Shown piece by piece: positions 54,925 through 64,000 of a stretch of 64,000 nt of DNA (position 1 is its first letter; the number at the start of each line of letters is the position of its first letter). The DNA is taken from positions 512,001-576,000 of the forward strand of contig CAWFXA010000002.1 of the NCBI GenBank assembly GCA_963819655.1, written 5' to 3'. The DNA comes from an uncultured Chloroflexia bacterium. GTDB lineage: Bacteria > Chloroflexota > Limnocylindria > Limnocylindrales > CSP1-4. The notes beneath the pieces are model-generated. The model saw only the letters and a list, made by a program, of their open reading frames with translations. It did not search any database and was not told the DNA's origin. The translations under genes were made by a program, and so were the position numbers.

Positions 54925-56886
54925 GCGGGGATCCGCGCCGGCGCCGGGTCCAGCCGATCCAGCGCCGTTCGCAGCGCCACGCGGCTGGCGGCATGGTCGC
55001 CGCTCGCGCCGACCGCGACCAGCTCCTCGAGCGCGGTGAGCACGTCCTCCGGTTCGCGGTCCGAGGCGGTCGCAGCACGGACGCGCAGCACCTTCGGGTG
55101 GGCGGTCGGCTCGAAGGACTCGGCCTCGTAGAACAAGGATTCGTGCAACTTTTCGCCCGGCCGGAGCCCGATGTACCGGATCGGGACGGAGTCAGGGTCA
55201 CGGCCGGCGAGGCGCGCGAGGTCACGAGCCAGGTCGACGATCCGGACCGGGTCGCCCATGTCGAGCACGAAGAGGTCGCCCGGATCCCCGAACAGCGAGG
55301 CCTGCAGGATCAGCCGCGACGCCTCCGGGATGGTCATGAAGTAGCGCGTCATCTCGGGGTCCGTGATGGTCAGCGGGACGCCCTCGCGAAGCTGTCGCTG
55401 GAAGAGCGGCACGACACTCCCCGACGAGCCGAGGACGTTGCCGAACCGGACGGCGACGTAGCGGACGGCCAGACTGGCGGGCGGCCGCCGCGACGGCGAT
55501 CTCGGCCAGTCGCTTCGTGGCGCCCATGACGGAGGTCGGCTCGACGGCCTTGTCGGTCGAGACGAGGACGAATCGTTCGACGTCGCCCTCCAGGGAGGCG
55601 CGCAGCGCGGCGACCGTCCCGCCGATGTTCGTGTACACGGCGTCGGCCGGATGGTGCTCCATCATCGGCACGTGCTTGTATGCGGCGGCGTGCAGCACCA
55701 TGACCGGGCGGTCCTCGGCGATGACCCGGCGGATCGTGTCAGGGGACGCGACGTTCGCGAGCCGGGTCTCCAGGCGCGCCCGCGGCCTGCCGTCGCGGGT
55801 TGCCGAGCCGGAGTCCCGCTCGCCCATGAGGGCCAGCTCCCGTTCGATGTCGTAGAGGGGACCCTCGGCCCGGTCGAGCAGCACGAGAGCGGCGGGGTCG
55901 ATCTCGAAGACCTGGCGGGCCAGCTCCGACCCGATCGATCCGCCGGCGCCGGTCACGAGCACGGTCTGATCGCGCACGAGATCGCGCAGACCGGGCTCGT
56001 CGATGACGACGGGCTCGCGGCGGAGCAGGTCGTCGACCTGGACCTCCCGGATCGCCGCGGCACCGAGCCGGCCCGAGACCAGCTCGTCGAGCGCCGGCAC
56101 GGTGCGCGTTTCCATGCCGAGCGCCGTGGCGTCCTCGACCGCGCGCCGGACCACGTCGCCAGAGGCGGACGGGATCGCGATGAGGAGCCGTCGGGCCCCG
56201 GTCACACGCGCGATCTCGCCCAGCTGGTCGAGCGTCCCGAGGACCTTCTGGCCGCGCATGATCTGGTTGCGCTTGCGCGGATCGTCGTCGATGAGCCCGA
56301 CGACGCGCATCCCGAGGCCGTCCTTGGCCGACGCGATCGTACGGATGACGGTCGCCCCGATGTCGCCCGCGCCATAGACCAGCGTCGGCACCAGTCCGCC
56401 CCCGCTGGCATCGATCCTCGAGCGCCGCCGATCCGGGTCGCCCGGTCGCCAGCCCTGCCACTCCATCGAGGCGCGGATCAGGAACCGGGCGCCGCCCATG
56501 CCGGCCAGCGTCAACAGCCCTTCGAGCACGAAGAACGACCGCGGGAACTGGCCGGCCGTTGTGACGGTGCCCGGCACGCCGATGGGGACGAGGACGCCGT
56601 AGAAGACGACCACGCCAGCGAGCGAGCCGGCGGCCACGACGACGGCGATGCGTGCCAGCTCACCGACGCTCGCATACGCCCAGGCGCGCGCATACAGGCC
56701 ACCGAGCACGTTGATGGGCGGCCGGACGAGCAACGGGAAGAGGGCGGCCGGGAAGTAGATCAGCGCCTCGTCCACGAAGCGCAGCGATTCGAAGCGCAGC
56801 ACCATCGCGCCGACGATCGCGAGGGCGATGACGACGAGATCGACGACGAAGAGGTGACGGCCCCGAACGCCGCCCAGGGCGGGCAT
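54921..56886 (-). CDS. PglF/CapD-like UDP-GlcNAc 4,6-dehydratase (frameshift near 55460)
   Basis: TM N-terminus, YGAG, TGAGGSIGSEL, HAAAYKHVP, STDKAV, RYFMTIPEA, RPGEKLHE. Confidence 0.9.
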
Positions 56887-56896
56887 GGCCGCCAGT

Positions 56897-57535
56897 CTAG
56901 GGGCGCCCGGTGCGCCGGAGCACCTGCCCGATGGTCATGCCCAGGATCGGCGAGGTCGCCTCGGGTCGATCGCGTCGCAAGGTACTCGGCATCCATCGCC
57001 AGCTTCGCGGGCAGAACGACTTCGCGGTAGGCCCGATCGAGGTCCTCCGCGGTCGGTTCATCGCGACCGCCTGCCCGCGCTAGCTCCCGCGGCGGCCTCG
57101 GCAAGGATCGTCTCCTCATCGCGATATGCGAGTGCGGTCGGACCCGTGATCCCCGGCAGCGCGCCGAAAGACGCGCGCGTGCAGCGGATCGGACAGGTCG
57201 ACGTATCGGGGGTCCTCGGGTCGCGGGCCGACGAGCGCCATGTCGCCGCGGACCACATTCCACAGCTGCGGCAGCTCGTCGAGCTTGGTTCGCCGGAGCA
57301 GTCGACCTATGCGCGTCACGCGTGGATCACCCGCTGCCGTCACCCCGGGACCGGACGAGGCCGTGCCCTCGTACATCGTGCGGAGCTTGTAGAGCGTGAA
57401 GGTCCCACCGGGCCGCACCCGGACAGCACGGTGGAGGGCCGGGCCGCGAGAAGTGGCCCGGATCGCCAGGCCGAGCACCGCAAGGACTGGTGCGACGACC
57501 ACCAGACAGGCGGCCGCGACCACCCGTTGCGTCAT
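56897..57535 (-). CDS. bacterial sugar transferase (PglC-like phosphoglycosyl transferase; frameshifts)
   Basis: YKLRTM, DPRVTRIG..LRRTKLDELPQL.NV..G.M.LVGPRP, PGITG. Confidence 0.88.
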
Positions 57536-58263
57536 GCCGGGCACGGCGGCTTGATGAGCACCGTGCCGAGGTGCGATCGCAGGGGTGGGAGGGCGCTGAG
57601 GACCCGGTAGCGTCGCGGTCCGGCGGCGAACACGCTGCGGGACAACGGCGGCAACAGGGTCAAGGACCGAGCCGCTTGCGGCCAGTCGGGGAAGAGCGCG
57701 CGCAGCGTTCGTGATGTCACGGGCGACACGTGCCGGTTGGAGGGACTCGGGTAGCGCAGGTCATAGACGACGAGCCGTCCGCACGGCATCAGGACGCGCT
57801 CGATCTCCTTCGCGACTCGCAGCCGGAACCAGTCATCCGTGAGGGAGCTGAACAGGGTCATCGCTACGACGGCAATAGCGGCCCCGTCGTCCAGCGGGAT
57901 CTCGTCGGCACTCGCACGAACGAAGGTCGCCCATGGCACCTCCTCGCGCGCGACCGCCAGCCGAGCGTCGAGGATGTCGAGGCCGAGGAGCTGCGCGGGG
58001 CGGGCTTCGGCGTCGTCGAGCAGCCTCCCCAAGGCCCCGTCGCCACTCCCCAGATCGACGACCGTCCCGTCGATCGCCGGCCGCAGGGCCGAGACCAGCC
58101 AGGCATCCCGCTCGCGTGTCGCCTCCTGCATGCCGGGTTCCGGACGGGCCCATCGCTGGGCGTACCCGGAGCGCGTGTAATCCGCGTAGGTCGCGACCGT
58201 ATCAGCGAGGATCGCCGAGCGTCGCGCTTCCTCGTCGTCGTCAGGATGGCCCGTCGAGCTCAC
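57532..58263 (-). CDS. class I SAM-dependent methyltransferase
   Basis: VDLGSGDG, GLDI, TLFSS, RVL.P.G..VVYD. Confidence 0.82.
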   Translation of the reverse strand: MSSTGHPDDDEEARRSAILADTVATYADYTRSGYAQRWARPEPGMQEATRERDAWLVSALRPAIDGTVVDLGSGDGALGRLLDDAEARPAQLLGLDILDARLAVAREEVPWATFVRASADEIPLDDGAAIAVVAMTLFSSLTDDWFRLRVAKEIERVLMPCGRLVVYDLRYPSPSNRHVSPVTSRTLRALFPDWPQAARSLTLLPPLSRSVFAAGPRRYRVLSALPPLRSHLGTVLIKPPCPA

Positions 58264-59270
58264 GCGCCGTCCCGAAGGTGTTCGACGACTCCGCGCCGAT
58301 CACGGATCCACCGCGGGGCGAAGCGCATCAGGCCCTGCCAGAACCCGAGCCCGTAGGCCAGATGCAGGGTGACGAACCCGCGGAGCAGATCGAACCAGCA
58401 CGTCGAGGGTTCCCGGAGCCGCCAGGCCGCGACCGACATGACCGCAGCGTACGGGAGCGTCGCCCCGACTAGGAGGACGATGCCCACCGGTGTGACAGCC
58501 GTCGTCGCCAGGCCGCTCGCCAGCGCTCCGACCCAGATGGGCGGGATGAGCTGCCGGGGGCGGGCGGCGCTGGGATGCTTCTGGAAGACGCGAACCTTCC
58601 ACATCGCGTACTGCCGGTATTGGCTGAAGAGGCTTGCGTAGGTTGCGCGTGGCGTGTAGTCGATGACGATCTCGGGGTCGTACCAGATGCGGCCGCCCGC
58701 GGCCGTGATCCGGCCGCTGAGCTCATCATCCTGGTTGCGCACGAGCTCCGGATCGAACAAGCCGATGCGCTCGAAGACCCACCTCGGCCACAGGCCTGGG
58801 AACGCGGTCTCCACCCACCCCGGTGTCTCCTGATAGTTGTGGGTGGCGTTGCCGACACCGAACGGGCTCGAGGTGACCTTGGCGATCGCGCGCTGGACGC
58901 TCGTGGTCCCCGACCGTCGGATGCGGCCGCCGACGCTCCACGCCGCCGTCGCTGCAAGGGCATCGACGCCCCGTCGGACGTAGTCGGGCGCGGGGCTCCC
59001 ATGCGCGCTCATGACCCCCAGGATCTCGCCGCGCGCGGCGCGGATGCCACGATTGAAGGCGGCCGGCGTCACCCGCTCCGGGTTGGCCAGGATCCGGATG
59101 CGAGGATCGCGCTCGGCGAAACCTCGCGCGATCTCGACCGTCCGATCGCCCGACTGACCGTCGATCACCAGGATCTCGAGCTGCTCGACCGGGTAGTCCT
59201 GATCGGCAAGCGCCTGGAGACACGCCGCGATCGACTCCGCTTCATCACGGGTGGGGACCACGATCGACAC
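58260..59270 (-). CDS. glycosyltransferase family 2 (ExoA-like)
   Basis: SIVVP..DE, IDGQSGD, N.GI, G.FD..L.RNQD.E; start uncertain. Confidence 0.9.
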   Translation of the reverse strand: MSIVVPTRDEAESIAACLQALADQDYPVEQLEILVIDGQSGDRTVEIARGFAERDPRIRILANPERVTPAAFNRGIRAARGEILGVMSAHGSPAPDYVRRGVDALAATAAWSVGGRIRRSGTTSVQRAIAKVTSSPFGVGNATHNYQETPGWVETAFPGLWPRWVFERIGLFDPELVRNQDDELSGRITAAGGRIWYDPEIVIDYTPRATYASLFSQYRQYAMWKVRVFQKHPSAARPRQLIPPIWVGALASGLATTAVTPVGIVLLVGATLPYAAVMSVAAWRLREPSTCWFDLLRGFVTLHLAYGLGFWQGLMRFAPRWIRDRRGVVEHLRDGA

Positions 59271-59444
59271 CGACGGATGGGATGCGGCCGAGGGATCCTC
59301 GGCGTGGCGATTCAGGGCATGCCCCCGGTCACCCAGACCATCGGCCCATGGCGCAGGGTCGGTGTGACGGCGTATCCAAGCGAGGTATCATGCCGCCGCC
59401 TCGCGTCCGGTCGATCCCTGTACCCATGGAGGCGCTCTCCGATC

Positions 59445-60423
59445 GTGGATACCCCAGAGGGTAAGCGCGTCTTCATCACGGGCGGCGCTGGATTTCATCG
59501 GCAGCCGGCTGGCCAGCACCCTGGTCGACCGGAATGAGGTCGTCGTCTTCGACAATCTCATGCGCGACTCCCTTTCGACCTCACCCGTCCGTGACCATCC
59601 GAACCTGCGGCTCATCGTCGGCGACATCATGGATGTCGACGCGCTCCGGTCGGCCATGGTCGGATCCGACATCATCGTGCACTGTGCCGGGATCGCCGGG
59701 ATCGATACTGTCACCCGAAGCCCGACCCGCACGATGCAGGTCAACATGATCGGCTCGGCGAACGTCCTCGAGGCGGCGTCATTGCTGCCGGCGGTCAGCC
59801 GCGTCATCTGTTTTTCCACGAGCGAGGTCTTCGGTCAGCACGCCTTCGAGTCGAGCGAACGAGACCGGACCGTGATCGGCGCCGTGGGCGAAGCGCGCTG
59901 GACGTATGCGGTCAGCAAGCTCGCGGAGGAGCACCTGGCCATCGCGTACTTCCATGAGCGTGGCTTGCCGTCGACGGTCGTCCGGCCGTTCAACATCTAT
60001 GGCCCTGGTCAGGTCGGGGAAGGCGCCTTGAGCATCTTCGTCCAACGTGCCATCGAGGGGCGTACGATCGAGGTTCATGGGTCGGGATCCAGATCCGAGC
60101 TTGGTGCTTCGTTGACGACATGGTCGACGCCGTGCTCCTCGCGATGGAGCATCCGGCGGCGGTGGGTGAGTCGTTCAATATCGGCAACAGGCGAAGTGTC
60201 GAGACCATCTACCGGCTCGCGACGACGGTCGTCCGCGTGACGGGTTCGTCGTCCGAGATCGTCCTGGTGGATCGCGACGAGCCAGATGTCGAGCTCCGGA
60301 TCCACCTCAGTCGACAAGGCGCGCCAAATGATCGGCTTCGATGCCAAGGTCGATCTCGAGGACGGGATCGCACGCACGGCCGCTCACTACCGCCTCCTCC
60401 GACAGCAGGCTTCCCACGCGTAA
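59445..60423 (+). CDS. NAD-dependent epimerase/dehydratase (several frameshifts)
   Basis: ITGGAGF(I)GS, STSEV, YAVSK, RPFNIYGPGQ, LEDGI. Confidence 0.85.
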
Positions 60424-60453
60424 ACGACAGAACCGGGCAGCAGGAACGCCCGA

Positions 60454-61848
60454 GTGCTAGCGCAATTCGGGCGGCACGCCACGGCATACGGTCTCTCGAT
60501 CCTGCTCGCTCGTGGCACGACCTTCCTTCTCGTCCCCATCCTGACGCGGTTCCTCGCGCCGGAGGAGGTCGGTCTCGTCGAGCTTGGAGCCGTTGCGATC
60601 GTCTTTGCCAATGTGATCATCAGTCTCGAGATCGGGCAGGGCCTGGCTCGCTTCGTCCCGGACGAAGCTCATGCGTCTGAGACGCGGACGATCGCCTCGA
60701 CGGCCTTGTGGTTCTCGGTCGCCGCCTACGCAGTCGCGACCGTAGTCGTTGGCATCGGCCTGATCATCGCGAGATCGACGGAGAGCTACGTGCCTGCGGT
60801 GATGCTGGCTGCAGTGACCGGAGGGCTGTTTCTCCTGGTGCAGGGGCAGCTTCGCTGGGAGCTTCGCCCCGTTCCATACGCGATCACGAGCTTCGCCTTC
60901 GCTGCTGTCACATTGATCGCCACGACCGCTCTGCTTGGCTCTGGGGCAGGTGTGATCGGTGCCTTCGTGGGACAGGCAGTCGGCGCGACGACCGGGCTTG
61001 TCCTCGCGCTTGTCGCGTCACGAGGTTCATTTGGACGCGAGTTCGATCGAAAGTGGCTCAAGAGGCTCCTGGCGTTCTCGGGTCCGCTCGTCCCTGCCAG
61101 TGTGGGAGTGCTGATCGCCCTCTATGTCGATCGGGTCGTTATCGCGACGATGCTCACGCTCGACGACGTAGCACGCTTCTCGGTCGGCCACCGGGTCGCG
61201 TCCATCGTCAGCCTGGTCATGACCGCGGTCCAGCTGGCGCTAACACCGCTCATCTATGCGAGCTACCGCCGCGCAGAAGCGCCGGCCGAGATCGCCGAGA
61301 TGTTCCGGTTCATCGTCGGCTGGGCGCTTGGGCTCTGGGTCGCCATCTCCCTCGCGGCTCCGGAGGTGGTTTCCTTGGTCGCACCAGAGACGTATCGCCC
61401 GGCAGCGACCGTCGTCCCCGTCCTTGCTCCCGCCATCATCCTATCCGGCCTGGCCGTCTTCGCCCCGGGTCTCGCGATCGCGCGTCGAACCACTCCGATC
61501 GCGTTGATCAGCATCTTCGGAGCGATCCTGAACGTCGCGCTCTGCATCCTTCTCGTGGCGACGCTCGGGATCATCGGCGCCGCACTGGCGACGCTCACGA
61601 GTGGCGCGACAGCCTTCGCGCTCACGGTCTGGTATGGCCAGCGGTATTACCCGATCCCGTATGACCTCGGTCGCATTGGCGTCGGACTCAGCGCAGTCGT
61701 GATCGTCATCGTCCTGAGCGGGGTTCCATTCGGAGCTCCCATCGGGACCGCCTGGCGGATCGCTCTAGCTGCCGCGACTGCTGCCCTCCTCGTGAGCGTC
61801 GGATTCCTCCGTCTGCCATCGCGAGTCGTTGCGGGCGCCACCTCATGA
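60454..61848 (+). CDS. Wzx-like oligosaccharide flippase
   Basis: LLVPILTRFL.PEE.G, about 12 TM segments, GIIGAALAT. Confidence 0.88.
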   Translation: MLAQFGRHATAYGLSILLARGTTFLLVPILTRFLAPEEVGLVELGAVAIVFANVIISLEIGQGLARFVPDEAHASETRTIASTALWFSVAAYAVATVVVGIGLIIARSTESYVPAVMLAAVTGGLFLLVQGQLRWELRPVPYAITSFAFAAVTLIATTALLGSGAGVIGAFVGQAVGATTGLVLALVASRGSFGREFDRKWLKRLLAFSGPLVPASVGVLIALYVDRVVIATMLTLDDVARFSVGHRVASIVSLVMTAVQLALTPLIYASYRRAEAPAEIAEMFRFIVGWALGLWVAISLAAPEVVSLVAPETYRPAATVVPVLAPAIILSGLAVFAPGLAIARRTTPIALISIFGAILNVALCILLVATLGIIGAALATLTSGATAFALTVWYGQRYYPIPYDLGRIGVGLSAVVIVIVLSGVPFGAPIGTAWRIALAAATAALLVSVGFLRLPSRVVAGATS

Positions 61849-62462
61849 ACGTGACCATCGTGGACTACGGCGTGGGCAACCTCGGCTCGATTCCCAACAT
61901 GCTGGCCCGGATCGGGGTCGATGCGGTCATCTCTCGCGAGCCCGCGGTGATCGGGGCGTCCGATCGTCTGATCCTACCGGGCGTCGGGGCTTTCGATGCC
62001 GGCATGGCCAGCCTCGATCGCTACGGGCTTCGGGGAATCCTCCGCGAGCGCGTGGTCGATGCCGGTGTGCCGACACTTGGGCTGTGCCTCGGTATGCATC
62101 TGTTGTTCGACCAAAGTGACGAGGGATCGATGCCCGGTCTTGGATGGATCCCAGGGCGTGTGGTCCGGTTCTCGGCCTCGCGGATGACAAGTCCTTTGCC
62201 CATCCCCAACATGGGCTGGCACGACCTAAAGGCGATCCGCGACGACCCGATGCTCGACGGCTTGGGCGAGGAGCCGAGGTTCTATTTCGCCCATTCCTAC
62301 CATGCGTCTCCTCAGGATCCTGCCGAAGTCGTTGCAGTTGCCGAGTACGGCTATGAGTTTCCGATCTGCGTTCGCCGCGGCTCGATCTTCGCGGCGCAGT
62401 TCCACCCCGAGAAAAGCCATCGGTTCGGGATGCAGTTCCTCCGCAACTTCATCGGATCCTGA
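61845..62462 (+). CDS. hisH: HisH-like glutamine amidotransferase subunit (glycan-cluster paralog)
   Basis: DYGVGN, LPGVG.F, GLCLGM, YFAHSY, QFHPEKS. Confidence 0.9.
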   Translation: MNVTIVDYGVGNLGSIPNMLARIGVDAVISREPAVIGASDRLILPGVGAFDAGMASLDRYGLRGILRERVVDAGVPTLGLCLGMHLLFDQSDEGSMPGLGWIPGRVVRFSASRMTSPLPIPNMGWHDLKAIRDDPMLDGLGEEPRFYFAHSYHASPQDPAEVVAVAEYGYEFPICVRRGSIFAAQFHPEKSHRFGMQFLRNFIGS

Positions 62463-62465
62463 TCG

Positions 62466-63233
62466 GTGCGGATACCGCGCGTCATCCCGGCTCTTCTTCT
62501 GGAGAACGACGAATTCGTGAAGACGACGCGGTTCCGATCACCGCGCTACATCGGCGACCCGGTCAACACGATCGATCTCTTCAACCAGTTCGAGGTTGAT
62601 GAGATCGCCGTCCTCGACATTCGGGCAACAACCGCCGGTGTCGAGCCTCCCTATAAGCTCCTCGAAGCCCTCGCTGCCCAATGCTGGGTTCCACTGGCGT
62701 ACGGCGGCGGTATCAGGGATCTCGGGATTGCGCGTCGAGTGCTAGGCATTGGCGTCGAGAAGGTCATCCTCGGGACGATCCTTGCCGAAACGCCGGACGT
62801 GGCAGGTGAGATCGCAGCGGTGTTCGGTCGCCAGGCGGTCGTGGCCGCGGTCGATGTGCTCACGGACACTGAGCCTGTCGTGCTCGTTCGCCACGGCAGC
62901 ACGGCGGTCGGCCGAGACCCAGCGGAGTACGCGAGGCGCGTCGAGGCCGCGGGAGCAGGGGAGATCCTGCTCCAGGCTATCCATCGCGATGGCACACGGG
63001 AAGGATTCGATCTGCCGCTCATAAGGTCCGTGGCATCTGCAGTGGATATCCCCGTGATCGCTCTCGGGGGTGCGGGCAAGCGAGCCGACCTTCCTGACCC
63101 AGTCAACAACGCGGGCGCCGCCGCGGTCGCGGCCGGTAGTCTCTTTGTGTTCCAGGGACGGTCAGGCGGCGTACTCGTCAACTTCCCGTCAAGGGTCGAG
63201 CTCGAGGCGATGTTCGGCCGCAGGGACCTTTGA
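62466..63233 (+). CDS. hisF: HisF-like cyclase subunit (AglZ/WbuZ-type paralog)
   Basis: RVIP.LL..VKT..F....YIGDP.N, YGGGI, GAGEILL..I.RDGT. Confidence 0.88.
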   Translation: MRIPRVIPALLLENDEFVKTTRFRSPRYIGDPVNTIDLFNQFEVDEIAVLDIRATTAGVEPPYKLLEALAAQCWVPLAYGGGIRDLGIARRVLGIGVEKVILGTILAETPDVAGEIAAVFGRQAVVAAVDVLTDTEPVVLVRHGSTAVGRDPAEYARRVEAAGAGEILLQAIHRDGTREGFDLPLIRSVASAVDIPVIALGGAGKRADLPDPVNNAGAAAVAAGSLFVFQGRSGGVLVNFPSRVELEAMFGRRDL

Positions 63234-63318
63234 GCCATGTGCACGCAGGGCGTCCCGGCCCGACAATCGTTGCGGACCTTGTCCCTCAGCCAGTGGAGAC
63301 TCTCCGTAGATGGCCCAC

Positions 63319-64000
63319 ATGACTACGGTGCGGTGCGCCCGATGCGTATACGACTCAGCCGTCCCCGGGATCACCTTCGGGCCCGACGGCGTATGCAACT
63401 ACTGCGCGACCCACGATGAGATGGATCGCCAGTACCCGACCGGCGAACGGGGCGACGCAATGCTCGCTGCCATGGCGAGCAAGATCCGAGCCGAGGGGCG
63501 TGGTAAGGAGTTCGACTGCGTCGTCGGCGTGAGTGGCGGCTGTGACTCTTCGTACCTGCTCTACCGGATGGTCGAGATGGGTCTCCGACCGCTCGCCGTC
63601 CATTTCGATAACACATGGAACTCGCCGATCGCGACGCAGAACATCTATAACGTCCTGGAGCACCTCGGGGTCGAGCTCGATACATATGTCGTCAACAATC
63701 GGGAGTACGACGACATCTATCGAGCCTTCATGTTGTCCGGCGTCAAAGACATCGAGTCCCCGACGGACATCGGCCTGACGACGGTCCTGTACCGGGCCGC
63801 GGAGAAACGCGGCATCCGGTACATCATCGAGGGCCATTCATTCCGGACCGAGGGGGTCGCCCCGCTCGGATGGATCTACATGGATGGTCGCTTCATCCAG
63901 AGCGTGCACGCCCGCCACGGGACGCTGCCGATGGATACCTTTCCGAACCTCTGGCTCAAGGACTTCTTGCGCTGGGCCACGGTGCGCAATATCAAGCGAC
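63319..64000 (+). CDS. N-acetyl sugar amidotransferase (WbuX/PseA-like), truncated at the window end
   Basis: CxRC..PGITF..GVCNYC, DCVVGVSGGCDSS PP-loop; alternative start at 63310. Confidence 0.88.
   Translation, partial: MTTVRCARCVYDSAVPGITFGPDGVCNYCATHDEMDRQYPTGERGDAMLAAMASKIRAEGRGKEFDCVVGVSGGCDSSYLLYRMVEMGLRPLAVHFDNTWNSPIATQNIYNVLEHLGVELDTYVVNNREYDDIYRAFMLSGVKDIESPTDIGLTTVLYRAAEKRGIRYIIEGHSFRTEGVAPLGWIYMDGRFIQSVHARHGTLPMDTFPNLWLKDFLRWATVRNIKR

Noticed and set aside
61845-63233. Histidine biosynthesis operon
   Set aside because: No other his genes; context is a glycan cluster with a sugar amidotransferase

Overview
High-GC bacterial chromosomal segment with no rRNA, tRNA, CRISPR or transposase detected. 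Gene content (Firmicutes-like housekeeping order, secretin-less Tad pilus, many leaderless genes) suggests a monoderm, possibly Chloroflexota; this is inference only. Layout: (1-5.9 kb) accessory region with a MerR-box-controlled DUF2652/SRPBCC/VOC/MerR operon, an alpha/beta hydrolase and an orphan phage-type HNH; (6-30.7 kb) housekeeping block rplU-rpmA-rpmE-DUF1385-prfA-[glucosidase]-prmC-Cof-tsaC, glyA, WecA/TagO-like GT, atp operon, murA (Cys-to-Asp), mreB; (31.7-45.8 kb, minus strand) GT-C, nfo, hpf, comF, a Tad/Flp pilus locus with four pilins and a two-kinase/one-regulator module; (45.8-64 kb) surface glycan cluster. Many genes between about 41 and 60 kb are frameshifted, most likely from assembly indels. 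Best leads: a NarL-type regulator with a tandem YxGPDRR (Cle-type c-di-GMP-binding-like) N-terminal motif, paired with a complementary 'split' kinase pair above the pilin array; and intergenic micro-ORFs, several carried by a small palindromic repeat, that run from one gene's stop codon to the next gene's start codon.
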